Origin: a bacterium
Lineage (GTDB): Bacteria > Fidelibacterota > Fidelibacteria > Fidelibacterales > Fidelibacteraceae
Direction of reading: 5' to 3'
Length of the DNA: 64,000 nucleotides
Assembly (NCBI GenBank): GCA_963676395.1
Contig: OY781066.1
Location: forward strand, 1,280,001 to 1,344,000
Shown one piece after another: positions 28,151 to 38,776 of the stretch. Position numbers and translations under genes: made by a program. The notes under the pieces are model-generated. The model saw only the letters and a list, made by a program, of their open reading frames with translations, ran no database searches and had not been told where the DNA came from. Position 1 is the stretch's first letter, and every line of letters begins with the position of its first letter.

Positions 28151-29925
28151 TCATGTATAATGAAGTTAAAAACAGAATGAAAAGACATCGAGTGATTGCG
28201 CTTCTTGCCTTAGCTTTATTAATGTTTTTAATTTTAATCGTGCGTTTTTATTCCCTTCAAATCGTTAACTATTCATTATATCGTTCCGAAGCAGTAGGTA
28301 ATATGCTAAACCGAATGGATATTGCCGCCCCCAGAGGAATTGTCTATGACAGAAATGGCAAAAAGCTGATATATAATGTACCTTGTTATAATATTGTTGT
28401 TTACCCTGATATTATCAAACAGCATCCTGAAACTTGGCAGAAGATCTCTGATATTACCTCTGTTCCTATAGAAACATTGCAAAAAGAAATGAAACGGAAT
28501 CAATATGGTTCATATCGCCCGGCAGTTATTTTAAGGAATATTGATCAACGTACTAATGCTGTTATTAACGAATGTATTCAAAATTTACCCGGGGCCGATG
28601 TTTCTTTTGATCCCATTCGGGAATATACCGATGAAATTTTAAGTGGAAATCTTCTCGGCTATACAGCCGAAATTAGAGGTCGTGATCTTTACCGCTATCG
28701 TGATGAGGGTTATAAACTAGGCGATATTATTGGATATGATGGGATTGAAAAACAATATGAAAGTGAACTCCGAGGTACAAAGGGTTATAGATATAAACAG
28801 GTAAATGCTAGCGGAAAACCTCTTAGTGATAAAGCATACGAACAAATCAATCCAATTCCCGGCAATGCGCTTTATCTTACTGTAGACCAAGAATTGCAGG
28901 CATATGCCGAATCACTTTTAGTTGATTATAATGGTGCGGCCATTATGATGAATTATGAAAATGGGGAGATCATTACTTCGGTAACGGCGCCTTCATATGA
29001 TCCGGAATTGTTTGCAAGAGGTCTGACTCAAACGCAGTGGGATTCGATTGTTCAAGATAAACGTATCCCTTTGTTTAATAGAACTATCAGGGGACAATAT
29101 CCTCCTGGTTCAATTTATAAAATGATCGCCGCAATAGCAGGCTTGGAAAAGAAAGTGATCGACCCAAATGTTGAATTTGAGTGTACCGGGGTTTTCGATA
29201 TGGGTGGGCGTGAGTTTAAATGCTCCCATGTTCATGGGATGGAGAATTTAGATGATGCACTTGCGCATTCTTGCAATATATATTTTTATAATATGATTTT
29301 GGAATTGGGAATCGATGATTGGAGTGCTTACGCAAAAGAAATGACCATGGGGCAATTGACCGGCGTTGATCTTCCGGGTGAGCTTAACGGTATATGTCCC
29401 GATCGTGCTTTCCTTGATTCTCGTTATGGTCGCAGAAAGTGGTGGCAGGGTATGTGGCTGAATATGGTGATCGGTCAAGGTGATGTGCTGATGACTCCCA
29501 TGCAGGCAGTTCGATATACCGCTATTCTTGCGACAAGGGGAAAGATTGTTCAGCCGCATTTTTTAGGTCGTATTTATAACGTTCAGGAAGCCGAGAGTCA
29601 AAAAGTAGAATATCCGGTTACACATACACGTCATATTTCCTCATCTACATGGGAAGAGATCGAAACAGGTATGTATCACGCTGTCCAAAGTTCCTGGGGT
29701 ACCGGCATTACCGCAAATGTGCCGGGTTTAAATATGTATGGTAAAACAGGAACTGCTCAGAATCCACATGGTGAACCGCATGCGTGGTTTATCGGTTACA
29801 CAAAATTAAAAGATTTTCCCTGCGCGGTGGTTGTATTTGTAGAGCACGGTCTTGCCGGTTCGGATATCGCTGCACCCATAGCAGGTAAGCTGTTAAAAGC
29901 ATATTACTATATGAGGAAAGAATGA
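28147..29925 (+). CDS. mrdA: Penicillin-binding protein 2
   Basis: APRGIVYDRNG, SxxK (GSIYK), SxN (SCN), KTG (GKTGTAQ). Confidence 0.95.
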   Translation: MIMYNEVKNRMKRHRVIALLALALLMFLILIVRFYSLQIVNYSLYRSEAVGNMLNRMDIAAPRGIVYDRNGKKLIYNVPCYNIVVYPDIIKQHPETWQKISDITSVPIETLQKEMKRNQYGSYRPAVILRNIDQRTNAVINECIQNLPGADVSFDPIREYTDEILSGNLLGYTAEIRGRDLYRYRDEGYKLGDIIGYDGIEKQYESELRGTKGYRYKQVNASGKPLSDKAYEQINPIPGNALYLTVDQELQAYAESLLVDYNGAAIMMNYENGEIITSVTAPSYDPELFARGLTQTQWDSIVQDKRIPLFNRTIRGQYPPGSIYKMIAAIAGLEKKVIDPNVEFECTGVFDMGGREFKCSHVHGMENLDDALAHSCNIYFYNMILELGIDDWSAYAKEMTMGQLTGVDLPGELNGICPDRAFLDSRYGRRKWWQGMWLNMVIGQGDVLMTPMQAVRYTAILATRGKIVQPHFLGRIYNVQEAESQKVEYPVTHTRHISSSTWEEIETGMYHAVQSSWGTGITANVPGLNMYGKTGTAQNPHGEPHAWFIGYTKLKDFPCAVVVFVEHGLAGSDIAAPIAGKLLKAYYYMRKE

Positions 29926-31148
29926 GATTTAGAGATTTTTTTAAATTTAAGTTTAATCAAATTGATGCTGCATCATTTTTACTTGTGTTACTTTTGACGG
30001 GAGTGGGATTGGTTGCGATCTATTCAGCAACATCTTTTGTAGGGACGGAAGCCAATATGCAGTATTTCTGGAAACAGATGCTGGGTATTTTTGGCGGCTT
30101 GAGTATGTTTGTTATGCTGTATTCGGTTCGAAAGAGTTTTTTACTTTCCTATGCTGAAGTAATTTTCATGGTTGGTATAGGTTTGATTATTATTCCCTAT
30201 ATCCTATCTATGGTTAGTGCCGGAACAAACCGGTGGATCAATTTAGGTGCTTTTCAAATACAGCCCTCTGAATATATGAAGTTTATTCTCATCACCATGC
30301 TGGCAAAGGTGTTCAGTGAATCAAGACGATCACCGCTTGAACCCGGATATGTGCTTTACCCTTTGGGTATACTCGCTATTCCCGCTGCATTGGTATTTGC
30401 GCAACCAGACCTTGGTACCACCTTGATCTATATTGCTGTTTTTGTTGCTATGCTATTTGCCAGTGGTTATAAAATGTACTACATATTTATGATTGCAGCG
30501 CCATTGATTACGGTGCTTGCGGCTTTTAATAGCTGGGTGTTTTTGGTTTGGGGGATCATCGTTGCTGTTGTGATCTTCTTAAATAATAAAAATATCATAT
30601 TTTCAGTGGGAATGTTTTTGTTTAATATTCTTATCGGTGTTTTAACACCCTATTTTTGGAATGCCATTAAACCGTATCAGCAACAGCGTATATTGACCAT
30701 GCTTAACCCGCAATTAGATCCTATGGGCGCCGGATATCAGGTGATCCAATCTCAAATAGCTATCGGATCCGGTGGCTTTCATGGGAAAGGATTTTTGCAG
30801 GGAACACAGGCTCACCTCAACTTTTTACCCGAACAGCATACGGATTTTATTTTTTCCGTGATATCTGAAGAATTTGGCTTTATTGGTATTACACTGATTC
30901 TTTGTGTTTATTGTTTTCTTGTATTGCGGTGGTACCGAATGGCAATAAATGCTAAAAGTACTTTCTCGGCCATGCTGATTATTGGTGGGACCACAGCACT
31001 TCTTGCTCATATTTTTATTAATGTCGGGATGACTGTTGGCATTCTCCCCGTGACCGGAAAACCGCTACCCTTTATTTCTTATGGGGGATCATTTTTAATG
31101 ACATCCTTTGGTTTAGTGGGATTGGTACTGAATGGAAATGCAGAGTAG
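29922..31148 (+). CDS. rodA: Rod shape-determining SEDS protein RodA
   Basis: RWINLG..QPSE, QPDLGT, AIGSGG, LPEQHTDFIF, LPFISYGGS; follows mrdA. Confidence 0.95.
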   Translation: MRFRDFFKFKFNQIDAASFLLVLLLTGVGLVAIYSATSFVGTEANMQYFWKQMLGIFGGLSMFVMLYSVRKSFLLSYAEVIFMVGIGLIIIPYILSMVSAGTNRWINLGAFQIQPSEYMKFILITMLAKVFSESRRSPLEPGYVLYPLGILAIPAALVFAQPDLGTTLIYIAVFVAMLFASGYKMYYIFMIAAPLITVLAAFNSWVFLVWGIIVAVVIFLNNKNIIFSVGMFLFNILIGVLTPYFWNAIKPYQQQRILTMLNPQLDPMGAGYQVIQSQIAIGSGGFHGKGFLQGTQAHLNFLPEQHTDFIFSVISEEFGFIGITLILCVYCFLVLRWYRMAINAKSTFSAMLIIGGTTALLAHIFINVGMTVGILPVTGKPLPFISYGGSFLMTSFGLVGLVLNGNAE

Positions 31149-31301
31149 ATAAAGAGGCAAAGGGTGAGGAGTGGATAAGGGGTGAAACTCAAAATATTCA
31201 TTCTTGCGTAAAGTAAAACCATCTTATTTATTTTGTTATCCTTTTGAAAACTATCTTGTCTTAGCTCTTTATATTTCATCTTTACATCATTATATTACTC
31301 C

Positions 31302-31748
31302 ATGGAAAAGTTGATCATGAAAAATCGCAAAGCTTTTCATGACTATAGTATTCTCGAAAAGCTTGAAGCCGGTCTCGTGTTACAGGGCACCGAGGTAAAG
31401 GCTATTCGTGAAGGAAAAATTAACATTAAAGAAGCTTACTGTAATTTTGTTGATGGTGAGCTTTTTTTAATGCAGGCGCATATTTCGGCATACTCGCATA
31501 CCGGTTACGAAAATCATGATCCGGTAAGACCCCGAAAGTTACTTCTGCATTCGAAAGAATTGATCAAACTTCGTAAGAAACGCGATGAACAACACCTGAC
31601 GCTTGTGCCGCTGTCCTTGTACTGGTCCGGAAACCATATTAAGCTTGAGGTTGGACTGGCGAAAGGTAAAAAGAATTATGATAAACGACAGGATATTGCC
31701 AAGCGTGATAATCAGCGCAATATTGACCGTCAGATGAAACAGGGATAA
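31302..31748 (+). CDS. smpB: SsrA-binding protein SmpB
   Basis: NRKAFHDY, EAGLVLQGTEVKAIR, RKLLLH, GKKNYDKR. Confidence 0.97.
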   Translation: MEKLIMKNRKAFHDYSILEKLEAGLVLQGTEVKAIREGKINIKEAYCNFVDGELFLMQAHISAYSHTGYENHDPVRPRKLLLHSKELIKLRKKRDEQHLTLVPLSLYWSGNHIKLEVGLAKGKKNYDKRQDIAKRDNQRNIDRQMKQG

Positions 31749-31757
31749 GGAGCCGAC

Positions 31758-32969
31758 ATGAGCCGTTTTCCATCGTTAAATGAACAGATGGATCTGATCC
31801 GCAAGGGAGTTGAGGAGATCATTCCCGAAGAGGAACTTGTAAAGAAGATCGAAAAGAGTATTAAGGAAAATAAACCTTTGCGGGTAAAACTGGGGGCTGA
31901 TCCCTCACGCCCTGATCTTCATATCGGTCATGCTGTTGTCTTGGGTAAAATGCGTCAGTTCCAGGATCTTGGTCATCAGGCTGTTTTGATTATTGGTGAT
32001 TTTACCGCTATGATCGGCGATCCAACCGGTAAGAGTAAAACACGTCCTTCGCTTACACTTGAAGCCAGTAAGGAAAATGCACGTTCATATTTTGAACAAG
32101 CCGGCATTGTGTTAAATCAGGATGATCTTGAAATCAGATATAACTCTGAATGGCTAGCTAAAATGAATTTTCGTGACGTGATTGAATTATCGGCTCACTA
32201 TACCGTTGCACGAATGCTTGAGCGCGATGACTTTAACAAGCGCTATCATAATGGTGTTGCGATCTCAACTCATGAATTTTTATATCCTTTGGCTCAGGCT
32301 TATGATTCAGTAGCAATAAAATCTGATATTGAATTGGGTGGTACCGATCAGAAATTTAATTTACTGGTAGGTCGGGATATTCAGCGCGAATATGGTTTGG
32401 AGCCACAGTGTATATTGACCATGCCCATTCTTGAAGGTCTTGACGGAAAAGAAAAAATGTCCAAATCTTTAGATAACTATATTGGTCTTACAGATACCCC
32501 CGAAGATATGTACGGTAAAACCGTTTCAATCGGCGATGATATGATTATTCGCTATTTGACTTTGGTTACCGATACGCCCGCAGCAGAAATTGCCGAATTT
32601 GAAAAAGCTATGAAAGAAGGCGAAAATCCCCGTGATATTAAGCATGAACTTGCTCGCCGACTCGTTGAAAAGTATCATGATTCAGATGCGGCTCAACGCG
32701 CTAAAGAGCATTTCGATAAAGTTCACGTCAAAAAAGAAATTCCCGACGATATTCCTGAATTCACCGTAACTGCCGATGATGTTTTTATTACAAAACTTAT
32801 GGTTGAAAGCGGTTTGTCCCAGTCCGGTGGCGAAGCAAAACGACTTGTTGCACAAGGGGGCGTTTACCTGAATGGTGAGCGCGTGGTCACTCACAATAAT
32901 CCCTTAGACATCAAGGATGGAGATATTCTTAAGGTAGGGAAACGAAAATTCCTTAAGCTAAAAAAATAG
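31758..32969 (+). CDS. tyrS: Tyrosine--tRNA ligase
   Basis: DPSRPDLHIGH, GGTDQKFN, KMSKS, C-terminal S4 domain. Confidence 0.97.
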   Translation: MSRFPSLNEQMDLIRKGVEEIIPEEELVKKIEKSIKENKPLRVKLGADPSRPDLHIGHAVVLGKMRQFQDLGHQAVLIIGDFTAMIGDPTGKSKTRPSLTLEASKENARSYFEQAGIVLNQDDLEIRYNSEWLAKMNFRDVIELSAHYTVARMLERDDFNKRYHNGVAISTHEFLYPLAQAYDSVAIKSDIELGGTDQKFNLLVGRDIQREYGLEPQCILTMPILEGLDGKEKMSKSLDNYIGLTDTPEDMYGKTVSIGDDMIIRYLTLVTDTPAAEIAEFEKAMKEGENPRDIKHELARRLVEKYHDSDAAQRAKEHFDKVHVKKEIPDDIPEFTVTADDVFITKLMVESGLSQSGGEAKRLVAQGGVYLNGERVVTHNNPLDIKDGDILKVGKRKFLKLKK

Positions 32970-32988
32970 ATTAGAATAAGGGTCTATC

Positions 32989-34401
32989 ATGAAGTGGTCT
33001 CCACTTGCAGAAAGAGTTCATCAACTGCTAATGCGGAAGTCGTTGTTACGGCAAAATGATAAATTACTATTGGCGCTTTCAGGAGGACGTGATTCGGTTG
33101 CCTTGCTTTCAATTATGGTTGAGTTGAAGGATCATTGGAACTGGGAACTTATAGTGGGGCACATAGATCACAATCTTCGTCCGGGAGAAGATGAAAAAGA
33201 AGCTGCTTTATGTCGAGAGCTTGCTGAACAATTTAATTTAAAATATGTTGAAGAAACCGTAGATCTTCTATCTTCCTCCGCTAGGAAAAAATACCGAAAT
33301 AAAAGCAGTCAAAATCCCAGCATAGAATCCATTGCCAGGGAAGCTCGTTATGAGGTTTTTAAAAAGTGGGCAGAAGAATATCATTGTCACGCAATTTGTA
33401 GTGGGCATCACTTAAATGATCAGGCGGAAACTGTTCTCTATAGAATGTTGACAGGCTCGGGAGTTAAAGGCCTACTTGGTATTCCCGCTTCGAGAGATGT
33501 TTTTGTGCGACCTCTTTTGGAAATATCAAGAGAGGAATTATCTGACTATGTGAATAAAAAAAGACTGGGATATTTTGATGATCCCAGTAACAAAGAGCAA
33601 CGTTTTGTTCGGAATAAGATCCGACATGCCGTATTGCCTGCGCTTGTCGGCATGGGTTTTGATCATCCCGAAAAATCTTTAGCTGCAACCGCGGCGTCAT
33701 TGGAAGAAGCTTCTGTCGCTCTTGAACAGCTTTCAAATGAAAGCTATGAACGCATTGTTTCTTCTTCTGTAAAGGGTGTGAAAATTCGGACTAAGCACTT
33801 TGAGGAAATCCCGGAGTATATTCAAAAAAAGGTATTGAGACGGATTTTTGAAGAACAGTTTTCCGTCAATCAACATTTGTCTGAGAAACAATTGGACCAA
33901 TTGTTGGCATTTATTAAACATGCTGAACAGGGAGCTTCTACCGAATTATTGAATGTGAAATTATTGCAAGATAGAGATCAAATCACTTTTCCTTTTGAAA
34001 GTGGTGAAAAAATTTGTGAAAGCTTTATATGTAAACCCGATAAATTATCTATACTTGACAAAGAGTTGCGTATTGAAATAAAGGTTGCCAAGCAGGATCT
34101 AAGAACTCCTGATCAATTTGTTGCATATTTTTCTATAGATCTTCTGGGGGAAGAACTTGAGCTGCGTTCTTGGGAGAGCGGTGATAGTATGTCAATTTTT
34201 GGAGCCGGAAATAATAAAAAAGTTTCCGATATCCTGAAAGATGAAAAAGTGGGTGCGCTTGAAAAACAATCTTATCCTGTTTTGGTAAATAATAATAAGA
34301 TTATTTGGATCCCGGGTGTTAAGCGATCAAATGAGTTTACTGTTAATGATAATGATTTTGAAATGTTAGTGATTACATATAAACATGGGGAGATATCATG
34401 A
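32989..34401 (+). CDS. tilS: tRNA(Ile)-lysidine synthetase
   Basis: ALSGGRDS, AREARY, HHLNDQAET, RPLL, RNKIRH; precedes hpt. Confidence 0.95.
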   Translation: MKWSPLAERVHQLLMRKSLLRQNDKLLLALSGGRDSVALLSIMVELKDHWNWELIVGHIDHNLRPGEDEKEAALCRELAEQFNLKYVEETVDLLSSSARKKYRNKSSQNPSIESIAREARYEVFKKWAEEYHCHAICSGHHLNDQAETVLYRMLTGSGVKGLLGIPASRDVFVRPLLEISREELSDYVNKKRLGYFDDPSNKEQRFVRNKIRHAVLPALVGMGFDHPEKSLAATAASLEEASVALEQLSNESYERIVSSSVKGVKIRTKHFEEIPEYIQKKVLRRIFEEQFSVNQHLSEKQLDQLLAFIKHAEQGASTELLNVKLLQDRDQITFPFESGEKICESFICKPDKLSILDKELRIEIKVAKQDLRTPDQFVAYFSIDLLGEELELRSWESGDSMSIFGAGNNKKVSDILKDEKVGALEKQSYPVLVNNNKIIWIPGVKRSNEFTVNDNDFEMLVITYKHGEIS

Positions 34402-34958
34402 TAAAACAAACCCTAACCCTGGAGTATGGTGGGGAGTTTGACGGAAAAGAACTGGATTTGTTAATTTCTGATGAAGAGATTCAAGACAGAGTGCGAAAAC
34501 TAGGAAAAGAAATCACAAAAGATTACAAGAAAAAAGAAAAACCTCCAATTATGATCGGTGTTTTGAATGGAAGTTTTTATTTTATGGCTGATTTGTTACG
34601 AGCTATGGCAATTGAAGCCGAAATGGATTTTATAAAGATCGCTTCGTATGAACGGACCAAATCAACAGGTACGATCAGATTGATCAAAGATATTTCAGCT
34701 CAGATCACGGGAAGAGATATTATATTAGTCGAAGATATTGTTGATAGCGGTCTTTCAATTAATTTTTTAAGAAAGCATTTTGAAAACAGCTCACCGGCAT
34801 CAGTAAAAGTGGCAACCTTATTGTTTAAACGTGAAATCACTCAGGTAGAGGTAGAGCCGGAATACATAGGCTTTGATATCCCGGACCGCTTTGTTGTCGG
34901 TTATGGTTTGGATATTGAGCAGAGATATCGTCGTTTGCGCGATATTTATGCCATGTAG
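34398..34958 (+). CDS. hpt: Hypoxanthine phosphoribosyltransferase
   Basis: GVLNGSFYFMADL, LVEDIVDSG PRPP motif, FVVGYGLD. Confidence 0.95.
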   Translation: MIKQTLTLEYGGEFDGKELDLLISDEEIQDRVRKLGKEITKDYKKKEKPPIMIGVLNGSFYFMADLLRAMAIEAEMDFIKIASYERTKSTGTIRLIKDISAQITGRDIILVEDIVDSGLSINFLRKHFENSSPASVKVATLLFKREITQVEVEPEYIGFDIPDRFVVGYGLDIEQRYRRLRDIYAM

Positions 34959-34987
34959 GATTGTACGTGTTTATGAATTTTAATTGA

Positions 34988-35013
34988 AGGGGTACAAAAC
35001 TTTGCGCCCCTAC
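34988..35013 (-). repeat. REP-like GTAG palindrome (single copy in the window)
   Basis: Minus strand reads GTAGGGGCGCAAAGTTTTGTACCCCT: GTAG foot plus imperfect GC-rich hairpin. Confidence 0.45.
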
Positions 35014-35253
35014 GCGTATGATTTCAAGGTCATAGATGTTTGTTTAAATTTATAAAAAACGAAAACCTTCAATATAGACTATCTTTTATATCCTGCTTGC
35101 TTGTGGTAGCTCGAAGGATGATAATAGAAGTGAAAAACATTAAATATCCTGTTGTTTTGTCAAAAGTTATCCTGCTTACATCAAAAAAAGCCAATAAAAT
35201 GGAACATAATCCACTAAAGACATTGTATATTAATAGGATGTAAAGGAGAATAT

Positions 35254-37206
35254 ATGTACAAACGTTTTTATAGCAGTCCCAACGGAAATCCGGACGACAA
35301 AAAAGATATTAAAAAACCCTCAAAAGGTCCCGACTTTAAAGGTTCGACAAAAGTTCCCAAAACACCACTGGTATGGATAGGATTGATTATCGTTATTCTT
35401 ATCCTTGCGCAGGTATTTGGAACCGCAACAGCCCCCGGGGAAATGAGGCTTACATACACTCAGTTTAATGATTATCTTCAAGAAGGCAAGATTGCCAATG
35501 GTGTTTTTGAAGGTACGGCAATGACGGGTGAGTTTAAGAATCCTGTCGCAGAATATGCGAATGGTAAAGAGAATCTCTATAAACGATACAGAGTAACGAT
35601 TCTTCATCTTGATACGGAGCTACTAAAACAGTGGGATGATGCCGGTTTAAGTTATGAGTTCGTAGAGCCAAGTATAGGTTTTGGTGATGTTTTAGTTAAT
35701 GTTTTGCCCTGGATCATCATTTTAGGTGTTTGGATCGTGCTGATGCGCCGTATGTCCGGTAATCGTGGTGGACAAGGTGGTGGAAATATTTTTTCATTCG
35801 GAAATCAAAATCCTGCAAAGAAATTTAATCCCGAAAATTCAAAGATTACATTTAAAGATGTTGCCGGATGTAATGAGGCTAAAGAAGAGCTTGAAGAGAT
35901 TATTGATTTTTTAAAGAGCCCTGAACGCTTTCAAAGACTTGGCGGGCGTATCCCGCGTGGTGCTTTATTGTTAGGCCCTCCAGGAACAGGAAAAACTCTA
36001 TTGGCAAAAGCTGTTGCCGGAGAAGCAAAGGTACCTTTCTTTAGTATTTCAGGTGCTGATTTTGTAGAAATGTTTGTGGGTGTTGGTGCTTCTCGAGTAC
36101 GCGGCTTGTTTGAACAGGCATTGAAGAATTCTCCATCAATCGTGTTTATTGATGAAATCGATGCTGTTGGTCGCCAACGTGGTGCTGGTTTAGGTGGTGG
36201 ACATGATGAACGTGAGCAGACCTTGAATCAGCTTCTGGTACAAATGGATGGATTTAATTCCGATGCGTCGGTGATTGTGATCGCGGCAACCAACCGTCCT
36301 GATATTTTGGATTCTGCGTTACTTCGTCCCGGACGTTTTGATCGTCAGATCGTTGTGGACGTGCCGGATGCAAATGGACGAGAAAAGATCCTGAAAGTTC
36401 ATGCCAAGAACATTAAATTGTCAACAAAAGTGGATCTTAAAACTTTAGCAAAAGGTACTCCCGGTATGGTGGGAGCCGATTTGGCAAACTTGATCAACGA
36501 AGCGGCTCTCTTGGCGGCTCGTAAAAATCGTCGTTCAGTCTTTTTGGAAGATCTTGAAGAAGCAAAAGATAAAGTGATGATGGGTGCGGCAAGAAAATCT
36601 ATGTTGTTAAGTGATACGGATCGTAAAACAACGGCCATTCATGAAGCGGGTCATGCCTTGATTGGCTTGTTGTTAAAAGATGCTGATCCGGTTCACAAAG
36701 TTAGTATTATTCCTCGTGGTCGCGCATTGGGTGTTACTCATATGCTACCGGAGGTTGATAAACACAATTATTCCAAGAGTTATATCCTTGCACAACTCCA
36801 GGTAATGATGGGGGGGCGTGTAGCAGAACAATTAGCTATCGGTGACATTACAACCGGAGCAAGCAATGATATAGAACGCGCTACAGATATGGCTCGCCGC
36901 ATGGTTTGTGAATGGGGTATGAGTGATGAGTTAGGTGTAACGGCTTTTGGTTCTAAATCTAATGAAGTTTTTATTGGTAGAGACTTTGGAACAACCAAAA
37001 ATTATTCTGAAGCCACTGCCCAAAAGATTGATCAAGAAGTACAGCGTCTTGTATCGGAGGCCTATGAATCGGCCAAAAAATTGCTAAAAGATAATTTTAA
37101 AGTATTACAAGCCATCGCAGATGCTTTGTTGGATGTTGAAACACTTGATAGCGAAAAGTTGGAAAAAGTTGCTGTAGATAATGGCATAAGCATAAAGAAA
37201 AAATAG
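35254..37206 (+). CDS. ftsH: ATP-dependent zinc metalloprotease FtsH
   Basis: Two TM segments, [50 protein letters not shown]. Confidence 0.98.
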   Translation: MYKRFYSSPNGNPDDKKDIKKPSKGPDFKGSTKVPKTPLVWIGLIIVILILAQVFGTATAPGEMRLTYTQFNDYLQEGKIANGVFEGTAMTGEFKNPVAEYANGKENLYKRYRVTILHLDTELLKQWDDAGLSYEFVEPSIGFGDVLVNVLPWIIILGVWIVLMRRMSGNRGGQGGGNIFSFGNQNPAKKFNPENSKITFKDVAGCNEAKEELEEIIDFLKSPERFQRLGGRIPRGALLLGPPGTGKTLLAKAVAGEAKVPFFSISGADFVEMFVGVGASRVRGLFEQALKNSPSIVFIDEIDAVGRQRGAGLGGGHDEREQTLNQLLVQMDGFNSDASVIVIAATNRPDILDSALLRPGRFDRQIVVDVPDANGREKILKVHAKNIKLSTKVDLKTLAKGTPGMVGADLANLINEAALLAARKNRRSVFLEDLEEAKDKVMMGAARKSMLLSDTDRKTTAIHEAGHALIGLLLKDADPVHKVSIIPRGRALGVTHMLPEVDKHNYSKSYILAQLQVMMGGRVAEQLAIGDITTGASNDIERATDMARRMVCEWGMSDELGVTAFGSKSNEVFIGRDFGTTKNYSEATAQKIDQEVQRLVSEAYESAKKLLKDNFKVLQAIADALLDVETLDSEKLEKVAVDNGISIKKK

Positions 37207-37232
37207 AATCTTTGAATAGTTGGGGATGAGAT

Positions 37233-38018
37233 ATGCTGCCCTTGATCATGGGGATTTTGAATGTCACGCCGGATTCGTTTAGTGATGGCGGTCAATTTTG
37301 CGCGAAAGCGCAGGCAATAGCTCATGCTGAAAAAATGTTCAAAGAGGGTGCGGATATTATAGATGTCGGTGGTGAATCCACAAGACCCGGTGCCGATCCG
37401 GTAAGTTTACAGGAAGAATTGGACCGGGTATTGCCCGTTCTGGAAGAATTGGTAAAATGGGATGTGCAAATATCTATAGATACCAGCAAGTCTCAAGTTG
37501 CCAAGGAAGCTTTGGAATTAGGTGTGGATATTGTCAACGATATTTCCGCTTTGACATTTGAAGAAAAAATTGCTGACTATGTTGCAAAATATAATGCAAA
37601 ATTGGTCTTGATGCACATGCGGGGGAGGCCCAAAACGATGCAAAATGATCTGCCGAAGATTAATATGCTTTCGGAAGTGTCGTTGTTTTTATGTGCTCAG
37701 GCTAAAAAAGCTGAGAAATGCGGTGTGCAAAAGAATAATATTATTCTTGATCCGGGTATTGGCTTTGGCAAAAGTCTTGAAGATAATATTGATCTATTGA
37801 GAGATATTGAGTCATTAAAATCTTTGGGTTATCCGCTTTTAATTGGTGCGTCCAGAAAATCAATGATCAATATGATCTCTGAATCAGATGTAAGCGAACG
37901 ACTTCCGGGATCGCTTGCGATTGCGTGCCTTTGTGCACAGCGTGGAGCTGATATTTTAAGAGTGCATGATGTGGCAGAAACTTTTCAGGCACTTAAGGTG
38001 GCAGAAAGATTATGGTAG
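37233..38018 (+). CDS. folP: Dihydropteroate synthase
   Basis: MGILNVTPDSFSDGG, GGESTRPG, DPGIGFGK, SRKS, RVHDV. Confidence 0.97.
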   Translation: MLPLIMGILNVTPDSFSDGGQFCAKAQAIAHAEKMFKEGADIIDVGGESTRPGADPVSLQEELDRVLPVLEELVKWDVQISIDTSKSQVAKEALELGVDIVNDISALTFEEKIADYVAKYNAKLVLMHMRGRPKTMQNDLPKINMLSEVSLFLCAQAKKAEKCGVQKNNIILDPGIGFGKSLEDNIDLLRDIESLKSLGYPLLIGASRKSMINMISESDVSERLPGSLAIACLCAQRGADILRVHDVAETFQALKVAERLW

Positions 38019-38776
38019 AATTGTTTAACATTGGAGTGATCAGTGTTACCTTGATGGATATCATTGATATTGTTGTCGTGGGTTTTGTTTTTTATGGCGC
38101 ATATTTGCTTTTTAGAAACACACGTGCTTCACAAATGCTATATGGAATGATTGCCATAGCGTTATTGGGTTTTGTTGCGCATTTATTGGATTTTAAAGCA
38201 ACTGCATGGCTGTTTGAAAAACTTGCTACCGTATGGGTGATTTTGTTTATTATTTTATTTCAACCTGAGCTAAGAAGGATATTATTGTATGTTGGGCAAA
38301 ATTCTCTTTTACGTTGGTTGTCAAAATCAGAAAACAGCAAGGTAGAAGAAATTATTCATTCAGCTTTTGAAGTCAAGAAAGCAGGTCTTGGCGCCCTAAT
38401 GGTTATTATACGTGACAGTGGACTTAAATCTATAGTTGAACGTGGTGTTAAGATAAATGCCATTGTTAATACAGATTTGATCTTGTCGATTTTTAATACA
38501 AGTTCACCACTACATGATGGTGCGATTATTATACATGAAGATAGAATTTTAGCAGCCAAATGTATTTTACCTTTAAGTGAAAATATTGAACTGGATCCTA
38601 CGATCGGTACCCGACATTTAGCTGGCTTAGGTTTATCGGAAGAAAGTGATGCAATGGTAATTGTTGTGTCTGAAGAAAAGGCAAAGATATCTATAGCCTA
38701 TCAAGGAAAATTAAAACGGGATTTAAATGAAGATGAACTGCGGACATCGCTATATACCTATTTGTCGAATCGCTAA
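38012..38776 (+). CDS. cdaA: Diadenylate cyclase CdaA/DacA
   Basis: Three N-terminal TM segments, FQPELRR, PLHDGA, GTRH(L)A, VVSEE. Confidence 0.92.
   Translation: MVELFNIGVISVTLMDIIDIVVVGFVFYGAYLLFRNTRASQMLYGMIAIALLGFVAHLLDFKATAWLFEKLATVWVILFIILFQPELRRILLYVGQNSLLRWLSKSENSKVEEIIHSAFEVKKAGLGALMVIIRDSGLKSIVERGVKINAIVNTDLILSIFNTSSPLHDGAIIIHEDRILAAKCILPLSENIELDPTIGTRHLAGLGLSEESDAMVIVVSEEKAKISIAYQGKLKRDLNEDELRTSLYTYLSNR

Noticed and set aside
31149..31301. tmRNA (ssrA) next to smpB
   Set aside because: The spacer is only about 150 nt and has no GGGG..TCCACCA tRNA-like ends
35040..35243. 67-aa ORF between hpt and ftsH
   Set aside because: TTG start, no SD, no motif, AT-rich spacer likely to hold the ftsH promoter; probably spurious
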